From a virus (taxonomy: Duplodnaviria; Caudoviricetes), in the IMG/VR virus record IMGVR_UViG_3300017766_003039, positions 2,985 through 66,984 of that record: a stretch of 64,000 nt of DNA; one strand, given 5' to 3'. The translations under genes were made by a program, and so were the position numbers. Of this stretch, positions 62,965 to 64,000 are shown in pieces (the stretch's first letter is position 1; every line of letters begins with the position of its first letter). Below the pieces are notes generated by a model. It was not told where the DNA came from, searched no databases, and was given only the letters and a program-made list of their open reading frames with translations.

Positions 62965-63188
62965 TGAACACTCTTTCGAAACGGCAGTGCATAAGCCCAC
63001 ACCGCGTCGCGCAACACTTGGGCTATCGGCAATTTCTTCACCCGCGCCACATGCTCCAGGCACGCCCAGTCGCCCACCGGGAATGAGCCCGTAATGCGCA
63101 CCATCCCCGGCGTGGTCGCGGCCCGCGTGCCCTTCGTCGACATCTTCGAACCGCGGGCCGTCTTGCGGCGGATCTTGTGCGCTGTCAC
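62961..63188 (-). CDS. Small ribbon-helix-helix-like protein
   Basis: VRITGSFPVGDWACLEHVARVKKLPIAQVLRDAV. Confidence 0.6.
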   Translation of the reverse strand: MTAHKIRRKTARGSKMSTKGTRAATTPGMVRITGSFPVGDWACLEHVARVKKLPIAQVLRDAVWAYALPFRKSVQ

Positions 63189-63697
63189 GTTTCCCCCAGC
63201 ATGTCGTAGACCACGAGCGCGATGCTGCATGCGTCTCCTTGATGATTGTCGGCGCATGCGAAGCCTCGTTGTGTCATCACGTTCAGCATCAAGTCCTTGT
63301 ATTCGTTCTTGGACATGCCTTCCGGTCGACGGCCGGGAATATCGAAGAACGACTTGGCGACCTGCACGTTCACTTCCTCGCAGCGCCTCTTCCGCTGATA
63401 GGCTACCTTCTCGGCAATACTGACCACGCCAACCAACCGCCGGACTTGCTGCTCATCAGTTCCGCGCCCCTTGTGCCGCTGGAGCAGGAGCGGCGATTCG
63501 AAGGCCAAGATATCCGGCTGCATCACAGCCATCTTGTCCTCCAACCACTCCTCGAATTCGGCGAAGTAGCTACCGTACTCATCCGAAAGCCAGGTATCGC
63601 GGGCTGTCCACGTCCCGCACTTGGGCATGGCGGTTGGGCCCGAGAAGTAGGCCCAACCACATGCGCGGCTTGCATCCAAAGAAAGGATGGATACCAT
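63185..63697 (-). CDS. RuvC-like Holliday junction resolvase
   Basis: ILSLDAS..CGWA, LAFESP, K, DNHQGDA acidic motifs. Confidence 0.75.
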   Translation of the reverse strand: MVSILSLDASRACGWAYFSGPTAMPKCGTWTARDTWLSDEYGSYFAEFEEWLEDKMAVMQPDILAFESPLLLQRHKGRGTDEQQVRRLVGVVSIAEKVAYQRKRRCEEVNVQVAKSFFDIPGRRPEGMSKNEYKDLMLNVMTQRGFACADNHQGDACSIALVVYDMLGET

Positions 63698-64000
63698 CTA
63701 CTGGAACGAGGCCTTGGCCTGCTCGACGCCGACCTTGTGATTCTCCGACCAGATTTGGTAGTCGTCGGTCCCTTGAAGATAGGGATTGTTCGAAGCCGGC
63801 TCGGCGTTCTTGCCGGCCTGCTGGCCTTGAAGGGCAACGTCCACCTTCGGCGGAGGCTCTTGAATAGCGCCGAAGAGATTTAGCTGTTCTTCTCCGAGCG
63901 GAGATCCCATCAGCGTAAGCACCCGCGCCACGTTGGCATACGTGACCTGGGTAACGCCGTGATCGCTTTCGTCCAGCTTGCGCGCCAGCTTCACAGCATC
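63698..64000 (-). CDS. Partial hypothetical protein with QLNLF motif and C-terminal Rmf/CrpP-like pattern
   Basis: Frame runs off the window edge; EEQLNLF; G..AG...NPY...W. Confidence 0.65.
   Translation of the reverse strand, partial: DAVKLARKLDESDHGVTQVTYANVARVLTLMGSPLGEEQLNLFGAIQEPPPKVDVALQGQQAGKNAEPASNNPYLQGTDDYQIWSENHKVGVEQAKASFQ

Noticed and set aside
1-64000. Hundreds of long overlapping or antisense ORFs in the track (e.g. 28573-30378 +, 31184-32947 +, 38311-39900 +, 42050-43333 +)
   Set aside because: Shadow frames of GC-rich genes: Arg/Gly/Pro-rich, no RBS, no family motifs, and they overlap well-supported genes on the other strand.
1-64000. CRISPR array, tRNA or rRNA genes
   Set aside because: No regularly spaced repeats with unique spacers and no cloverleaf with T-loop/CCA were recognised by eye; a tRNAscan run would be needed to exclude tRNAs fully.

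Overview
The window is most of a GC-rich tailed dsDNA phage (or prophage) genome of podovirus type, with a BPP-1/Bcep22-like head module. The host is most likely an alphaproteobacterium (inference from GC content, gene families and promoter/dif style). Layout: (i) 1-5669 (+) recombination and small early genes (RecT-like, NinB, DUF968-like, TetR-like); (ii) 5666-46675 (mostly -) late region, in transcription order: terminase small subunit, about 6 kb of small accessory ORFs including a Tad1-like immune-signal sponge, terminase large subunit, portal, scaffold, major capsid, cement/decoration proteins, three tandem adaptor paralogs, an enlarged nozzle, ejection proteins (one with a GH24 lysozyme domain, one 1831-aa polyvalent protein) and a GH108 lysis cassette; (iii) 46821-56255 (+) early island with an AAA+ module, an EndoVII-type nuclease, a DUF4942-type DNA methyltransferase and repeated intergenic motifs; (iv) 56502-64000 (-) replication/metabolism genes (two replication-initiator halves, iteron-like origin, HAD phosphatase, radical SAM, RuvC-like). 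I found no integrase, reverse transcriptase, tRNA or CRISPR array. The strongest unexplained signals are a short peptide tag (PL[YH]D[HN]xRS) shared by seven head-cluster proteins, two cases of small proteins copying a terminal peptide of a virion protein, fibre-like proteins with Sec signal peptides and paired cysteines, a dif-like XerCD site, and a split replication initiator whose halves share a helical motif. All family assignments are from motif recognition by eye, not database searches.
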